This document shows, one piece after another, positions 52,006 to 64,000 of a stretch of 64,000 nt of DNA (position 1 is its first letter; the number at the start of each line of letters is the position of its first letter). The DNA lies in the NCBI GenBank assembly GCA_010405405.1, contig MU004234.1:957275-1021274 (forward strand), read 5' to 3'. The notes beneath the pieces were generated by a model that worked only from the letters and a program-made list of their open reading frames with translations, did no database searches and was not told where the DNA came from. A program made the position numbers and the translations under genes. The stretch comes from Microthyrium microscopicum (taxonomy: Eukaryota).

Positions 52006-53202
52006 ATGTACGGATAGTGGTGGAGAAGTGCAGGCTTTTGGCTGCTTTGTATGGTAGCCTTGTTGGCAATGATACGAATGTCTTCTCAGAAGCTTTCTTG
52101 TACCTTCATGACACCTCTTTCATATCACCACTTTGATATTTAAATCGTACCAGCTTGGCTTGTTTTGTTCTAGATCATATCGTCACGAGGATTTCCTTTT
52201 CATCAACATTCCGTAAGAACCTTGGAAGCACTGAAGTGTAAATCAAGGCCCTCATGAATTAATCCATAACCGATGAGAGACTTGTTTTCCATACTAACAA
52301 ACATTTGTGTCACCAATCAGGTATCCCAAGCCTGAAGTACCATATTTGTCGTTACTCTGCAGTAATACCTCCGCCCTAAATCCTCCCGAGGCCAGAACTC
52401 TCTCGTTTCAAGCCAAAGACCCTGACTCTGTTCCATCCAAGATCGACACCAGGTTTACCCGTTGAATCCGCCATCCGCCAGCGCGTGAGCCTCAAGACCT
52501 TCCTGTTACTGTCAACGCTGGCCAGGAGTTCCAACCCTACGGTCGCTTGGCTCCCTGCACAAGTTATTTTCGACCCATTCTCGCCTTCTCACGCGCCCAA
52601 CTTGCCAGTTCGCAGTGCCACAACAACTGCCTTTCAAAGCCAGCCTTTGCAAACACTGTCTGTGCAGTACAGTCAGTACCTTCATTCAAGTCCCACTTTC
52701 CTAGTCTGGCTTCGTCAAGCAAACCTTGGAACCTCGTGGTGTCTTTTGATACCTCCTGCTAGCTATTCCCGCTGGATGGGATTTTCGCCCGCTGAAGCGG
52801 TTCACTATGCAGGAAGGAGAGGCCGTTTGCCATGAAGACCACGAGATCGCAGCACATGGATCCAGCAAAGGTGAGAAATCTCCGCTTCCGGTATCGTCCC
52901 TGCCAGTACATGGGCACCAGCTGCCCACAGGGCTGCGGGCTAGTGATGGTCTTTGGCGAAGGATCATCGGCTCGTCTATCTACGATGCCTGGTTTGCTAC
53001 TGCTTCTTTAGCGCATAATGCGGGAAAGAAGGATCTGGACAAGGCGATCAAACTATGTTGGCATGGTAGTTGTTGCGGGTGCAAGTTGTGCTATTTAGAC
53101 TATGGGAATGCCCGCGCGCGAGAGCAGTATGGGTTCGTCTTGTTTAGTAAAGATCGTCTGCTTTTAATTTGTGGATGTTTGTTTATTTATGTTGCGAGCG
53201 AA

Positions 53203-55502
53203 ATGTTTGGTTTGAGACAGTTATTGATTGCTGCGATTTGTGGTGAGTGGACTTGGTGGAAGCATACATCGCGGCTTTATTGATGTATCATGGTGGCTAA
53301 CTTCATTTCTTGCAGGGCTGAGTTCTCAAACAGCAGTGGCACAAAGTGCGAAAAATGACCGTACGATTTCTCTCGAGTTTGCTGTTCGGTATATCTGACC
53401 AAGTACAGTTGCGCCTTTCACATTTGCTCCACTTCCTCTGGGAGCGATAACACCAAAGGGATGGCTGCAATCGCAACTACGTTTGATGGCCGATGGACTT
53501 GCAGGCCATGAATATGAGTTCTATCGTTATGTCTCCAAATCATCGTGGCTGGGAGGCTCTTCGGAATACTCAGACTTACACGAAGGATTTCCATACTGGC
53601 TGAACGGAATCGTACCATTAGCATACAGCATTGGAGATGACAAACTTAAAGCTCAAATCAAAGAAAGCGTGGAATATGTGTTGAGCCATCAAGCCGACGA
53701 TGGTTGGCTAGGACCAGAGACTGTTTCCAGTGGTCTTCGAAATCTTTGGGCTCGATACCCATTGCTACTAGGACTTACTCAGCTATTGGAAGCAGACCAA
53801 AGCTACGAATCTACTGTGTTGCCAGCCATACGGAAGTTTACTGATCTTACTCAAAACATGCTGCAAGACAATGGAGCCGGGCTGTTACCGAGGCCAGGTG
53901 ATCATCTCTCGGATCAGGACCATGGCTGGGGAAGAATAAGAATTGCGGATTTGATTCTTACTATGCAGTGGCTATATGAGAATGATGAAGAAGCAAAACA
54001 AGACCAGCTACTTGAAATTATGGGCATGCTGCGAAAAGGAGGTCTGGATTGGGCGACTTGGTACACCGACAAGCAGTATATCAAGGGAGACTTGAATGAT
54101 GCCGACCAAGCATATGTGGAAGCATGGTTCCCGTTTGAGCATGGAGTCAATGTTGCTCAAGGTTAGTTCTTCAAGCTTCTACTGTGTCATAGCTAATAAG
54201 GAAAACAGGCCTCAAGACCGGCGCGGTCATCAATCGATTTGAGCATAATCAGACAATGATTGATATGGCAAGAAGGGCAGTCGATTGGACATTCAAGTAT
54301 CATGGATCGACGTCGGGCACTATTCTTGCGGACGAAAGACTCCAAGGTCTATCACCATACTACGGGTAGGTCTCCAGATGGTTTTGTAATTTATTGCGCA
54401 AGCTGACCAATTGGATAGATCTGAATTGTGTACAACCGTAGAGACCATGTACTCCTTGACTTATCTTTACCAAGCTCTGGGTGATAGAGACTTTGCAGAC
54501 CGAGCAGAATTGGCAGCATTCAATGCCTTACCAGCCGCGGTACTGGGCGATTGGTGGTCTCATCAATATGTAACTCAACCTAACCAGCCATACTCAGTCA
54601 CACTGAATAAAAGCAAAGGCCTGCCTTTCTGGAACGTCAACGAAAAGGGCCAAACATTCGGATTGGAGCCAGATTATCCTTGCTGCACAGTCAACCATCC
54701 ACAAGGCTATCCAAAGTTTTTGGCAAACTCTTGGGTAAAGGTTGGAAGTGATGGCGTTGGCCATGCGCTTTTGTCACCAAGCTCGCTGACATGGAAGTTG
54801 GACAATGGTGCACAAGTTACCGTTGACGCGAACACCAACTACCCCTTCTCCGACAACCTTGATTACGAAATTGTGGCTTCGAAAGACTTCACGCTTCATG
54901 TTCGCATTCCATCATGGTCCAAGACAGCTTCTTGGTCCTATTCTGGCCCTGGCGACAAAAATGAAGGCACTGCACAGAATGCTGAACCAGATGCGCGAAC
55001 AGGTCTTATATCCATCCCGGTCAGCGCGGGCAAGTCCACAGCCAGATTGGTTCTTACCAGATCCATCGAGACGATATCTCGAATGAACGACGCGGTGGCA
55101 ATCATGCATGGTCCTCTCCTATACACACTGGATGTCGGATATCATGCCACCAGCTCGCCACCCAAATGGTATAATTCTTCAGCCGATGTTTCCGGCCCAC
55201 TTCCAACCGAGTCCAAGGACTGGGAAATCAGAAACACGACATCGTGGAATATGGCTATTGATACGAGCACCATCCAGGTGAAATCGCAAGATAACTCTGG
55301 CAATCTTCCAGACGAGGTTTGGAGTCGAGGCGCAGTCCCAATTCACCTGGAAGCAGAAGGTCGAGAAGTTGATTGGCCATTGTGGAGAGGTGTTCCAGGC
55401 CAAGTGCCACTCAAGAAGAATTACTTGAGTGACAGGAGACCGATTACGCTTGTGCCGGTGGGAGTTGCAAAGATTGGCATGGTTGAGTTGCCAACGTTAT
55501 GA
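53203..55502 (+). CDS. Glycoside hydrolase family 127 (beta-L-arabinofuranosidase-like), secreted, 5 exons
   Basis: Signal peptide split over two short exons; PLGAITPKGWL, EGFPYWLNG, EHGVN, ILADE, SELCTTVE, AELAAFNALP, YPCCTVN (Zn/Cys catalytic motifs), TNYPF, LHVRIPSW, HGPLLY. Confidence 0.9.
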
Positions 55503-55642
55503 TACCCCTTGTTGCATGGATGATGATAAATGAATTTGCATGATATGGCGTCCGAATACTGCATTGCGACATATGATTATGGAAACCATTGGTAGCATTG
55601 GTCCAAGGAATGAACTTGGAAATTGATCATCTTTGTTCTTTA

Positions 55643-56030
55643 TCAAACTGGGGTAGTTTCTAGTCCTTGTACGCGGTCGAGTGACTCCTTTGTGTCCTGG
55701 GCAACAACATCAAGGTCCAGATCTTCCATGCAATGAACGACAAGTCGCAGGCTTTCCATGAACCCATTTACAGCAACCCGGAGCATGCGATTGGTTGTGG
55801 CAGCATAGTTGACAACCATGGTGGTTCCCTCCAACGCGAAGGTCCGACTTACGAGCGCGGAGAGCTCCTTGTCGACTTGTAATGCTCGAATGGCGGTGTT
55901 GGCTAGATGCGCGGAGGGATAAGGAATTCGCAGGATCCTTTTCAAGTCAGCGAAACTTGTAATAATGAAATGTGATCCAGGGAATGAGCATGACATACAG
56001 GCTACAGGGAAAAGGTTGCTTTGGAGCCAT
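55643..56030 (-). CDS. PCC1: EKC/KEOPS complex subunit Pcc1
   Basis: ATG 56030, MAPKQPFPCSL; intron 55998-55938; LRIPYPSAHLANTAIRALQVDKELS...YAATTNRMLRVAVNGFMESL. Confidence 0.9.
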
Positions 56031-56429
56031 CGTGATCTAATGATATGTGGACTATGTGGAGGCTTACAATGTTGCGATGTTAATGTCAGAGTGGAGGATC
56101 TCAAGCCAAGTTGAGTCAACAGAAATGTGGTGTGGGGATGTACAGGTCCGCGTGTGGGGCAATTAAGAGGGTAGTGGTACTGCAGTTTGTGGAGACAGTA
56201 TCTCGATGTGGGGCTTGTGGAGCAGGGGGCTGCGAGGGGAGCTGACCCCCACATTAGATCTTCACGCTCAGCCAATCAGCGACTAGCTCTTATTCTCAGC
56301 CTTGTCCGTCTTGTGCCTGATAGATCACGAATTCACGATTACAACTTTAATTATTTGCGCAGGCCAAATACCAAAAAAATGCAGTAAATGGAGTCAAAGA
56401 ATGGTTAACTACCCTCTACTATAACAAAT

Positions 56430-58045
56430 GATAGGCTCGAAGCCGAAATGCCGCTGCTATACAACTTTTCCCTGCTTCGACTCCATAGAGCGATGACTGC
56501 TCCTAATGTTCTTGCTCTCCCTCTTCAATTTGCCAATAATGCTAACTAAATTGAACTGTGCTAATTGATATACCACAATCCATATCCCTCCGATGACAAG
56601 ACCGCCCACGATGAATCGTGCTGAGCGAACTAGTTTGACTGGTGGAAGACATTGACTGAAAGCTTCACCTAGTTTCCTATATCTTGGATGGCCTGGAGTG
56701 CTGTCCAGACAAATGGCTTTGCACGGCAATTTTCGTCCCCAAGTCTTCAGATACGACTATGAGCCATTTCATTTTCCGTGATATCGTTCCACTTCGTCAA
56801 CGACCAAAGTATTTTTCAATGGTTTTGGGCTCCTCGGGTCTCGGTAAGGCTTCAAAAGTAGAGTCTGGCAGCTCTTCTTACTAACGTGTTATTCACGGGA
56901 TCAGTCATTGGCCCCGTAGTTGGCGGTGCTTTGTGCGAGCATTTAAAGTGGAAATGGATTGTCTACATTAAATTTCCATTCTGCTCACGTGGCTTCTTTT
57001 TGATACTCAACTTGGTTAAGCTAAAAGCCATGACAGAACTCTCGTGGATCGACAAGCTAAAGAGAACTGACCGGATTGGAAGTATCCTCTTTATTGGTAG
57101 TACCTATGACTTCCATTGTATTAGGGATCTCGTCGGGAGGCATTCAGCATCCTTGGACAAGCTTCTAAACTCTAGGTCCTATTTACTTCGGTCTTACTGA
57201 ACCCGGCCTGTTCCTATCATGGCAGATGAAAAGAGCATCAAACTTCTTGCTTCCATCATCATTGTTCTACTGTCTTTCTGCATATACTGCATTTTACTGT
57301 GCAATAATCAATCGCTTACTGGTAGGTTTCCAAATTCATCAGACTACATCAATTATTGCTGGACTAACCTCTTCAATTTAGCTCTTTACTGGACTCTATT
57401 ACGCACCCTTCGATTACATGTCAGTGAAAACACACTTTCCCACGAGAGGTGAAGTAGGTATGCTTCCAACTTTAGTTTTTATATTACTAGGTACGGTCGT
57501 AGTTCCGCTTCTTACCGCTCGTTCGGTAGATTTCGTGGGGCAGTTTGGACTGGATGGACAATAACAACAGCTGGATCAGGCTTGCTTATTCTATCGTACA
57601 CAGAGACTAGACCAATAGTTGGTGAGATTTGTTAGGCAGCATTTGGTATTGGAAGTGGAATGGTCTTGTCAAGTATAAATTTCGCCATTCACGCCATCTC
57701 TAGAATCGAAAATTGCGCCATATGGTAGCACAAGTTAACGAAGATAGATATCTGGAACCATTTTCCAGAATGCGATGACCTCAAATTTAGAATCACTGGA
57801 TTTTCCTACCCGTGTACTCCAAGTGCACATGAAACGGAGGGATATGTTGCGAAACTCATCCTACCTAATTCTAATGATTCATTGCGTGTTGGAATGACCC
57901 AAGCGTATGAGCATGGTTTTCGAAGTATTTAGATTTTTATGACCGCATACTCTGCCACGACTCTAGTGGTAAGCATGACCATCAAGATATTTAGTCTAGA
58001 CAAAGTACTGCTGGCGACATGTACAGCTCGAAACAGGCAAAATAA
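56430..58045 (+). pseudogene. Decayed MFS (DHA2-type) transporter gene; ends approximate
   Basis: Fragments FRDIVPLRQRPKY, GSVIGPVVGGALCEHLKWKWIVYIKFPF and DRIGSILFIGS lie in different frames, separated by stops and frameshifts. Confidence 0.8.
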
Positions 58046-58721
58046 GATGGCTCGTATCTCAAGGTACATGCTAACTAACTGGATATAAAAAACCTTCTTG
58101 ATGAGGAATCAAGATTGATGAGAATGAGTATAGCTGATTAGATATCCAAGTGGGAACGTGTATAGTTCGTATACCGTAAGAGGTCGAAAAGCAAGGGAAT
58201 GCAATGTAACGTTATTATCAGGACAAGGAAGCGCCGGATGCTATTTTATACTCTCAGACTCGGAGAACGCCGCAAAAGATACAAGAAAAGTAGGATCTGG
58301 AAGACTGACTTGCCATTAATGGACTACCGCACAAACAATTTACATTGTAACATTGCTTTTAAGGATGTAAACGAATCTATTCGTTGCCCGGTAAATCCTT
58401 TGTACTATTATCTTCCATAATGCTTCAATTCGAATGGGTGGACACTAATGCAAATGATCTGCAGGCGAACTCCATCGCCATCTAGCCCCGGTCAGGTACG
58501 TCCAATTATAACACAGTTTTGAGTCTGGCTCAACATGTAAGCCGTTCACCTTACCTAAATCTGCTTGGTCGCAAACTAAGAATGCAACGCAAGCTTTATA
58601 GCTTATCTTGTCGATCATTCCCTTTTGGGATGATAATTGCGCTTCAGTTGGGATGATATAGAGCACAAGACATCCGACCCGGAAACGGGGTCGGTCACTA
58701 CATTGATCGCCCTAGTTCATC

Positions 58722-60584
58722 ATGTCGGATATTGAGAAACGGGATGTTGAGGCATATGCTGCCCAGGATTCTGAAGTCGGGACAGCTGAGGAAGTCTTAC
58801 CAGCTCGGAATCTCCAGAGTTCCCACAGGGCTTTGAGGGTTCTGCATCAAAGTGAACAATGGCTGGACAGAAAGATGGGAGTCGAAACCCAGGGGATCGA
58901 TCGAGTTCTGGAGGAAAATAAAGAGCCTCCATCTATTTGGAATGTAAGTATCGTCAATATTTAGCCAAAGAATACTGCTAAAGCGAATAGGTTTTCTTGC
59001 TCTGGTGGTCACTGAATGTTCACGTAGGCGTTGTGCCCCTTGGTGTCCTTGGTCCTGAATTTGGACTCTCACTTAGTCAATCCATTGCTGCCAGTGTTGT
59101 CGGAACTATTCTTGGAGCACTCTGTACAGCGTTCGACGGAACACTCGCTCCAAAACTCGGTTTACGACAAATCGCATGTTCACGATATTCATTCGGCTTT
59201 TGGGGCGCCAAACTCTGTAGTGTGCTGAACGTCATTGTCGGTGGTGGCTTTGCCGTTGTGAACTATGTAAGCTCCGCAGCTTTGTTTTCCAATTGTTCAA
59301 TTGCTAAATACCATAGGTCGTTGTCGGCCAGATACTGAGTGCGGTATCCGACTACAAGATGTCAATAACGGTAGGAATCGTCATAATCGCTGTTCTATCC
59401 TACATCATATCTCTATTTGGGTTCAAGCTCATCCACACATTTGAGAAATACTCGTGGATTGGAACTTTGATCCTATTATTGGTACTCGTTGGACAAGTGG
59501 CTCCCCACGTGGATCCCAGTATTCCTGGGGAGGTTGGAAGCTCTGGTCTTGGATTTGCAGGAGCATTTCTGACGATTTTGGCCATCAACTTCTGTAAGTT
59601 TTCTTACTTGAAATGTTATCCGCACACATAAGAAAAGATTTGGACTGCTAACGAGTTACAGCAAACGCTAGCGGCTGGTGTTCGATAGCAGGCGATTACT
59701 ACTGTCATTACCCGGCCAACACATCTTTTTGGAAGATCTTCTCCCTGACCTGGCTCGGTATTGTGATACCTACGAGCTTCTCAATCATTGTGGGAGCTTG
59801 CCTCGGCAATGCCGCCTTGTAAGTATACCTCAAACCCAATCCTTTGTGGATCTCATCACACTTGCCAAAGCCTACTACAAGAAACCATCATGTAGCGAGA
59901 CCTGAGTGGATGACATAGCCTGACCCCTAAATGTTACGTCTGATAAGACTTTATACTGACCACTTTAGATCTGCTGCTTACCCACCATATGCCGCTGCGT
60001 ATACAGATCATGGGCTAGGCGGTCTCATTGCTACCGTTTATCATCCAACTGGGTGGTCAAAATTCGCTCTTGTCATCTTGACCTTTTCGGTTCTCGGAAA
60101 CAACGTCGCAATCAATTATTCCAGCGGACTGTCGATTCAGCTACTGGGCCACTTCTTCCATGCTGTGCCTCGATTTATCTGGTCCCTGATATTCGTCATC
60201 GTCGTTGCCGTTCTTGCCATCGCTGGCCAGGAACATCTGTCTACAATTGTGTCCAACTTCGTGTCTCTCTTAGGATATTGGACAGTGTCATTCACCATCA
60301 TTCTTCTAATTGAAGATCGTCTCTTCCGAAGGCGGACTGGCTACAATCTTAGCGCTTGGAACCAGAGAAGTAAGCTGCCCTGGGGAGCTGCAGCTGTCTT
60401 CTCTTTGCTTGCTGGATATCTTGCCGGTGGAGTAACTGGTATGGCTCAAACTTGGTATATTGGCCCCATTGCAGCAAAGTTTGGAGGCTATGGCGGAGAT
60501 GTTGGGATTTACCTCTCTGGAGTGATTACGCTGATTGTGTATCCCATTGCTCGGCATTTCGAGATCAAGTTAACTGGAAGATAA
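58722..60584 (+). CDS. NCS1-family purine-cytosine permease (FCY2/TPN1-like), 5 exons
   Basis: VETQGIDRV, GLRQIACSRYSFGFWG, HTFEKYSW, NYSSGLSIQ, NFVSLLGYW, LPWGAAA, GMAQTWYIGPIA, GDVG. Confidence 0.93.
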
Positions 60585-60991
60585 GGTGTAGTATGAGCCG
60601 CACCGCAGTAATGTATAAATCCATCAGGCTTTGAGTAAATCGCTAGACCCCGAAACATCAACATTTGCTGAATTGACACTCTGAGCCTATTCCAGTTGTG
60701 GTACTTAATTCGAAGCATATGAGATTCGACATTTCGTGATACGTTGAACCTATTCGCCTAACTTTGACTTCTAACATTACAATATAGAAATAACACCTGT
60801 CCAGATGGCTTGGACAACGATTTCAAGGAAAGAAGTCTTGTTCTTTTGAGCATATGCGAATAAATAAATGCGAGTAAATTAAAGATTAACAAGAATGTTT
60901 CTACATCACGGCACTCAATTCGAGCCCGAAAAGGGGGCAATAATTCGAATTGCATAAACGTGTCCATTGTCCTCTAATAAGACCTCTTTCC

Positions 60992-62482
60992 TTAAGCTGA
61001 TAGACCGGTGATAGGTCGTAGCGGACTCGTCGCTGGCTTGGTGGCTTTTGTATACAGCCATCTCGAAAATTGTATGGTAGGATCGTCGATGAGAACCGTA
61101 ACGACTTTTGCAAACCACAAGGTGAGTGGCAAAAGGATAAGTTGAGCAGCAAGGAAATTGAATTCTAGTCCGAGTGGTCCGAAATTGGGAAGTCTTGCGA
61201 CGTTTGCCCAAGAGGAAATGTTGATTGCATGAGCTGCTCTGGTCCAGCCGACTGCTGCATATACTCGGTCGCCAATGCACCATAAAACCGGTCCATGCAC
61301 GAGATAAAAGGCATAAGAGACACGTCCCAGATATTGATTGAAGGGAAGTTCGAAAAATCCTCGGAGCCAAGAGATACGTCCAGAGGCTACCACCATGAAA
61401 ATGCCAGCCCAGAACAGATAGAACGACTTGACCATGAAAACTGCTTGTGGTTTCAGGAATGAGAGGTAATACCATCCTGGAGAATCTCTCAAGACTTGAA
61501 GATCGGGGCTGAATGCAGGTACGCCGCCGAGATAAAGGCCAACAACAAACATGCCAATGAGTATAGAGTCCTTGTGAGGCTGAAATAGGTTGAAAAAGTC
61601 CGGGAGATTGTCGCTTTGAGCTAACAGGTCAAGATCGCAAAGGAGCATGCCAGCAACAAATAGCGAACAATACCATCCATCTACGATGTAGAGGAAATAG
61701 TATACGAGGCCAAGTTGGCACCACAGGCGAGTGTTCCTAGTGCACCGAGAAAAGGCCAGAAGTGAAGTGAAGACCACGATGGAGCCTTTGAATTCTAGTG
61801 GAATGGTCCAGACGTGAAAGTTGTAGGTAAACCAGGGTTCTCCACCCAATCGAAAGATGAAGCTGAATCCTTTCAATTCGTTATACCAGAGTGTAAACTC
61901 GTCCAGGTACCTGGGCTCGGCTTTATTGATTGTTAAGCCCCGGATGAGATAGTTTAGAGTCATCCAAACAAACGTTGTGGCAATGACAGGAAGGTAGAGT
62001 CGAAGCCAGCGTCTAAAAAAGGCAGAAGCGAGATTATCTCCCAACTTGACAAGCTCGCCATCGTGTATAAGTCGCAATGGCTTGTGAGACAAAACGTAGC
62101 CTGATATGACAAAGAAGACTGCCACAGCAAAGTGACCGCCAGAGAAAAAGGTTCTGATTCCAGGGAGAGTTGCGAAGTAAAATTGACGGTCATATCCAAA
62201 GCCGTTTTCGAAAATTTTATCCGATTTCAGAGAGTCGTGAGCCCATACCTGGTTATGTAGTATATACACTAGTAAGGCTGCAAATCCTCTCAAGCCGTCG
62301 AGATATGCTGTTGGTCGAAGGGTGCCACTTCGTCTCCATGACTTTGTTGAGAGTAATGACCGAAAGTGTCGAACTGGATTGTAAGCCCATTGCGCTGCCC
62401 GACCGTATATCGTAGATTTCCAGTTTGGACCCAGTTCGAACCAGGAAACCTTCTCAAGTAAAGCTTCTTGATCAAAGGTCAT
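60992..62482 (-). CDS. Acyltransferase family 3 (OafA-like) integral membrane O-acyltransferase
   Basis: YLDGLRGFAALLVYILH, GHFAVAVFFVISGYVLS, FRRWLRLYLP, WTIPLEFKGS, YLGRVSYAFYLVHGP. Confidence 0.92.
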   Translation of the reverse strand: MTFDQEALLEKVSWFELGPNWKSTIYGRAAQWAYNPVRHFRSLLSTKSWRRSGTLRPTAYLDGLRGFAALLVYILHNQVWAHDSLKSDKIFENGFGYDRQFYFATLPGIRTFFSGGHFAVAVFFVISGYVLSHKPLRLIHDGELVKLGDNLASAFFRRWLRLYLPVIATTFVWMTLNYLIRGLTINKAEPRYLDEFTLWYNELKGFSFIFRLGGEPWFTYNFHVWTIPLEFKGSIVVFTSLLAFSRCTRNTRLWCQLGLVYYFLYIVDGWYCSLFVAGMLLCDLDLLAQSDNLPDFFNLFQPHKDSILIGMFVVGLYLGGVPAFSPDLQVLRDSPGWYYLSFLKPQAVFMVKSFYLFWAGIFMVVASGRISWLRGFFELPFNQYLGRVSYAFYLVHGPVLWCIGDRVYAAVGWTRAAHAINISSWANVARLPNFGPLGLEFNFLAAQLILLPLTLWFAKVVTVLIDDPTIQFSRWLYTKATKPATSPLRPITGLSA

Positions 62483-64000
62483 TTTGAAAACGAGAGGCCT
62501 TTTGATCATGCCAACACAAGACCGTCAAAACAGAACCGGGAGAGGCGAACTTGTAGTTAAGATTCGATATCTTCGGTTGAAAAGAACCGCTGGAGAAATT
62601 ACCGACGCACATGTTAACCAGGTGGCGATGACGGCTGAGGAACAATCGCTGGAATGGTAAAGATATGAGAGTATTGTGAAAAGGGATAGACAGCATGGTA
62701 ACCAAACAGGCAGGACAGGCTACCTTGAATCGTGTACACCGCGAAATGATGCCCGCAGCTACGATAGCAGCACGTGTATCGTACCAGTGGATTGCCACAA
62801 CTATACAAGGTTTAACTGAGCTGAGCAAGGCTGAGATAGCAAATGAAGTGCTTGAAGAGCCGCAAAGTCTAACAGGTCCACATCATCACTCGTCCCCACA
62901 AAGTTTATCAGCAATTGAATTCTGATAGCCTCTGACAGGCAAGTGAAAAGAGGGGTTCATTACGGGGGAGCTACATGCATTAGGTTTGAATATGCATGGT
63001 GATTGCCAGGTAGAAACATGGCAATGAGATATCCAGTATTCAGGGGTAAGCGCTGGATCTACATTTAGTATGCCAACATTAGAAGCACGCGGCTGCCAGA
63101 AGTCTCAAATCGGATACATTCATGGGTCATAATGGTACTTTTGAGTACCCTTGGTGAGGTTAAGTTGAACAAGGGAGGTACTTGAACTTCAGTACAAACA
63201 GGGTAGATGATAAAGATAGTACCCGCCTTCTATTAGTATAACTTGACTACATGTCATCATAAATCGTCCACGTTTCTCCTTACCCTCCTTATACCCTTGA
63301 TCCATGGTTGGGAAGGCTGGGACCTGCAGGGCTACTTGTGGTGAGGTATAGGTACCTAGTTGGTAGGTACAACAAAGAAGGCTGCTGGAAAGACGCAAAT
63401 GCTCATTTACTTCTCAAACAAAACGATTCGCAATACGATATAGCTCAGGAGCAGTTTCAACCTGCAGAAGTACTTCATTCAAAGCCGTGAGCCCACATTG
63501 TTGTTCAGTGATCTCATTTGATGTTGGAAATTGGACACGATGTACCAGAGTCAACATCCCCGTCCTCGGATTCTAGCCCTGTCGTTATGATGTGAACTGA
63601 CTCTTTGATCCATACATTCATCCAGACAATCCGGGCATACCAGGCTCAGTTGAGAAATTCTAACTCTTCTGGGGAACTCATACCTGCCATTTCCTCCCCG
63701 ATAAACCGTTTCGCTTGTGATAACCTTTCAGAGATCTACCCCGAGCTATTCTCTTTCAACCTTCAGTATCTCTGCTATCTTCTAGTATCTAGCTTGCATG
63801 TGGTATTCTCGTCAAGCTTGAATATTCAACATCCCCACTGCATAACTGGTACTTTGAATATGCGCAGTCGTTTTCCTTTCATCAAAGTTCCTTCTTGAGC
63901 CTTCATTCTACGGTCATGATTGATACCAAAGGGCTACCTGCCTCATCTCCCTTTGAGGGCCTCATGACCAAACAAATTAGAAGAATATTACCAACTTGTA

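Noticed and set aside
56031..56275. N-terminal extension of the 210-aa ORF over PCC1
   Set aside because: ATG 56030 plus a canonical intron gives a normal-sized Pcc1; the extension reads through intron and leader.

Overview
Eukaryotic DNA from a filamentous ascomycete (Pezizomycotina). Evidence: short GT-AG introns with CTRAY branch sites, a Zn2Cys6 factor, and RIP-type mutation. About 25 intact genes: the 3' end of an ABCC transporter, GH79, a QQQQQA-repeat orphan, mitochondrial GluRS, CDC50/LEM3, a GNAT, two SDRs plus a Zn2Cys6 factor, F-box-like proteins, bystin/ENP1, BRE2/ASH2, GH127, PCC1, an FCY2-like permease and an acyltransferase-3. Features the ORF track does not show: (1) a 3142-bp RIP-destroyed Mutator-like transposon (78-bp TIRs, 9-bp TSD) splitting a nitronate monooxygenase gene whose halves rejoin in frame; (2) a 287-nt CDC50 intron that is almost entirely one imperfect hairpin pairing with its own 5' splice site; (3) a 333-bp TA-flanked MITE in the Zn2Cys6 promoter; (4) two decayed genes (SLOG-like and MFS). 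No tRNA, rRNA or CRISPR array was recognised. Family calls come from motif recognition by eye, and exon boundaries are predicted from splice consensus; no searches were run.
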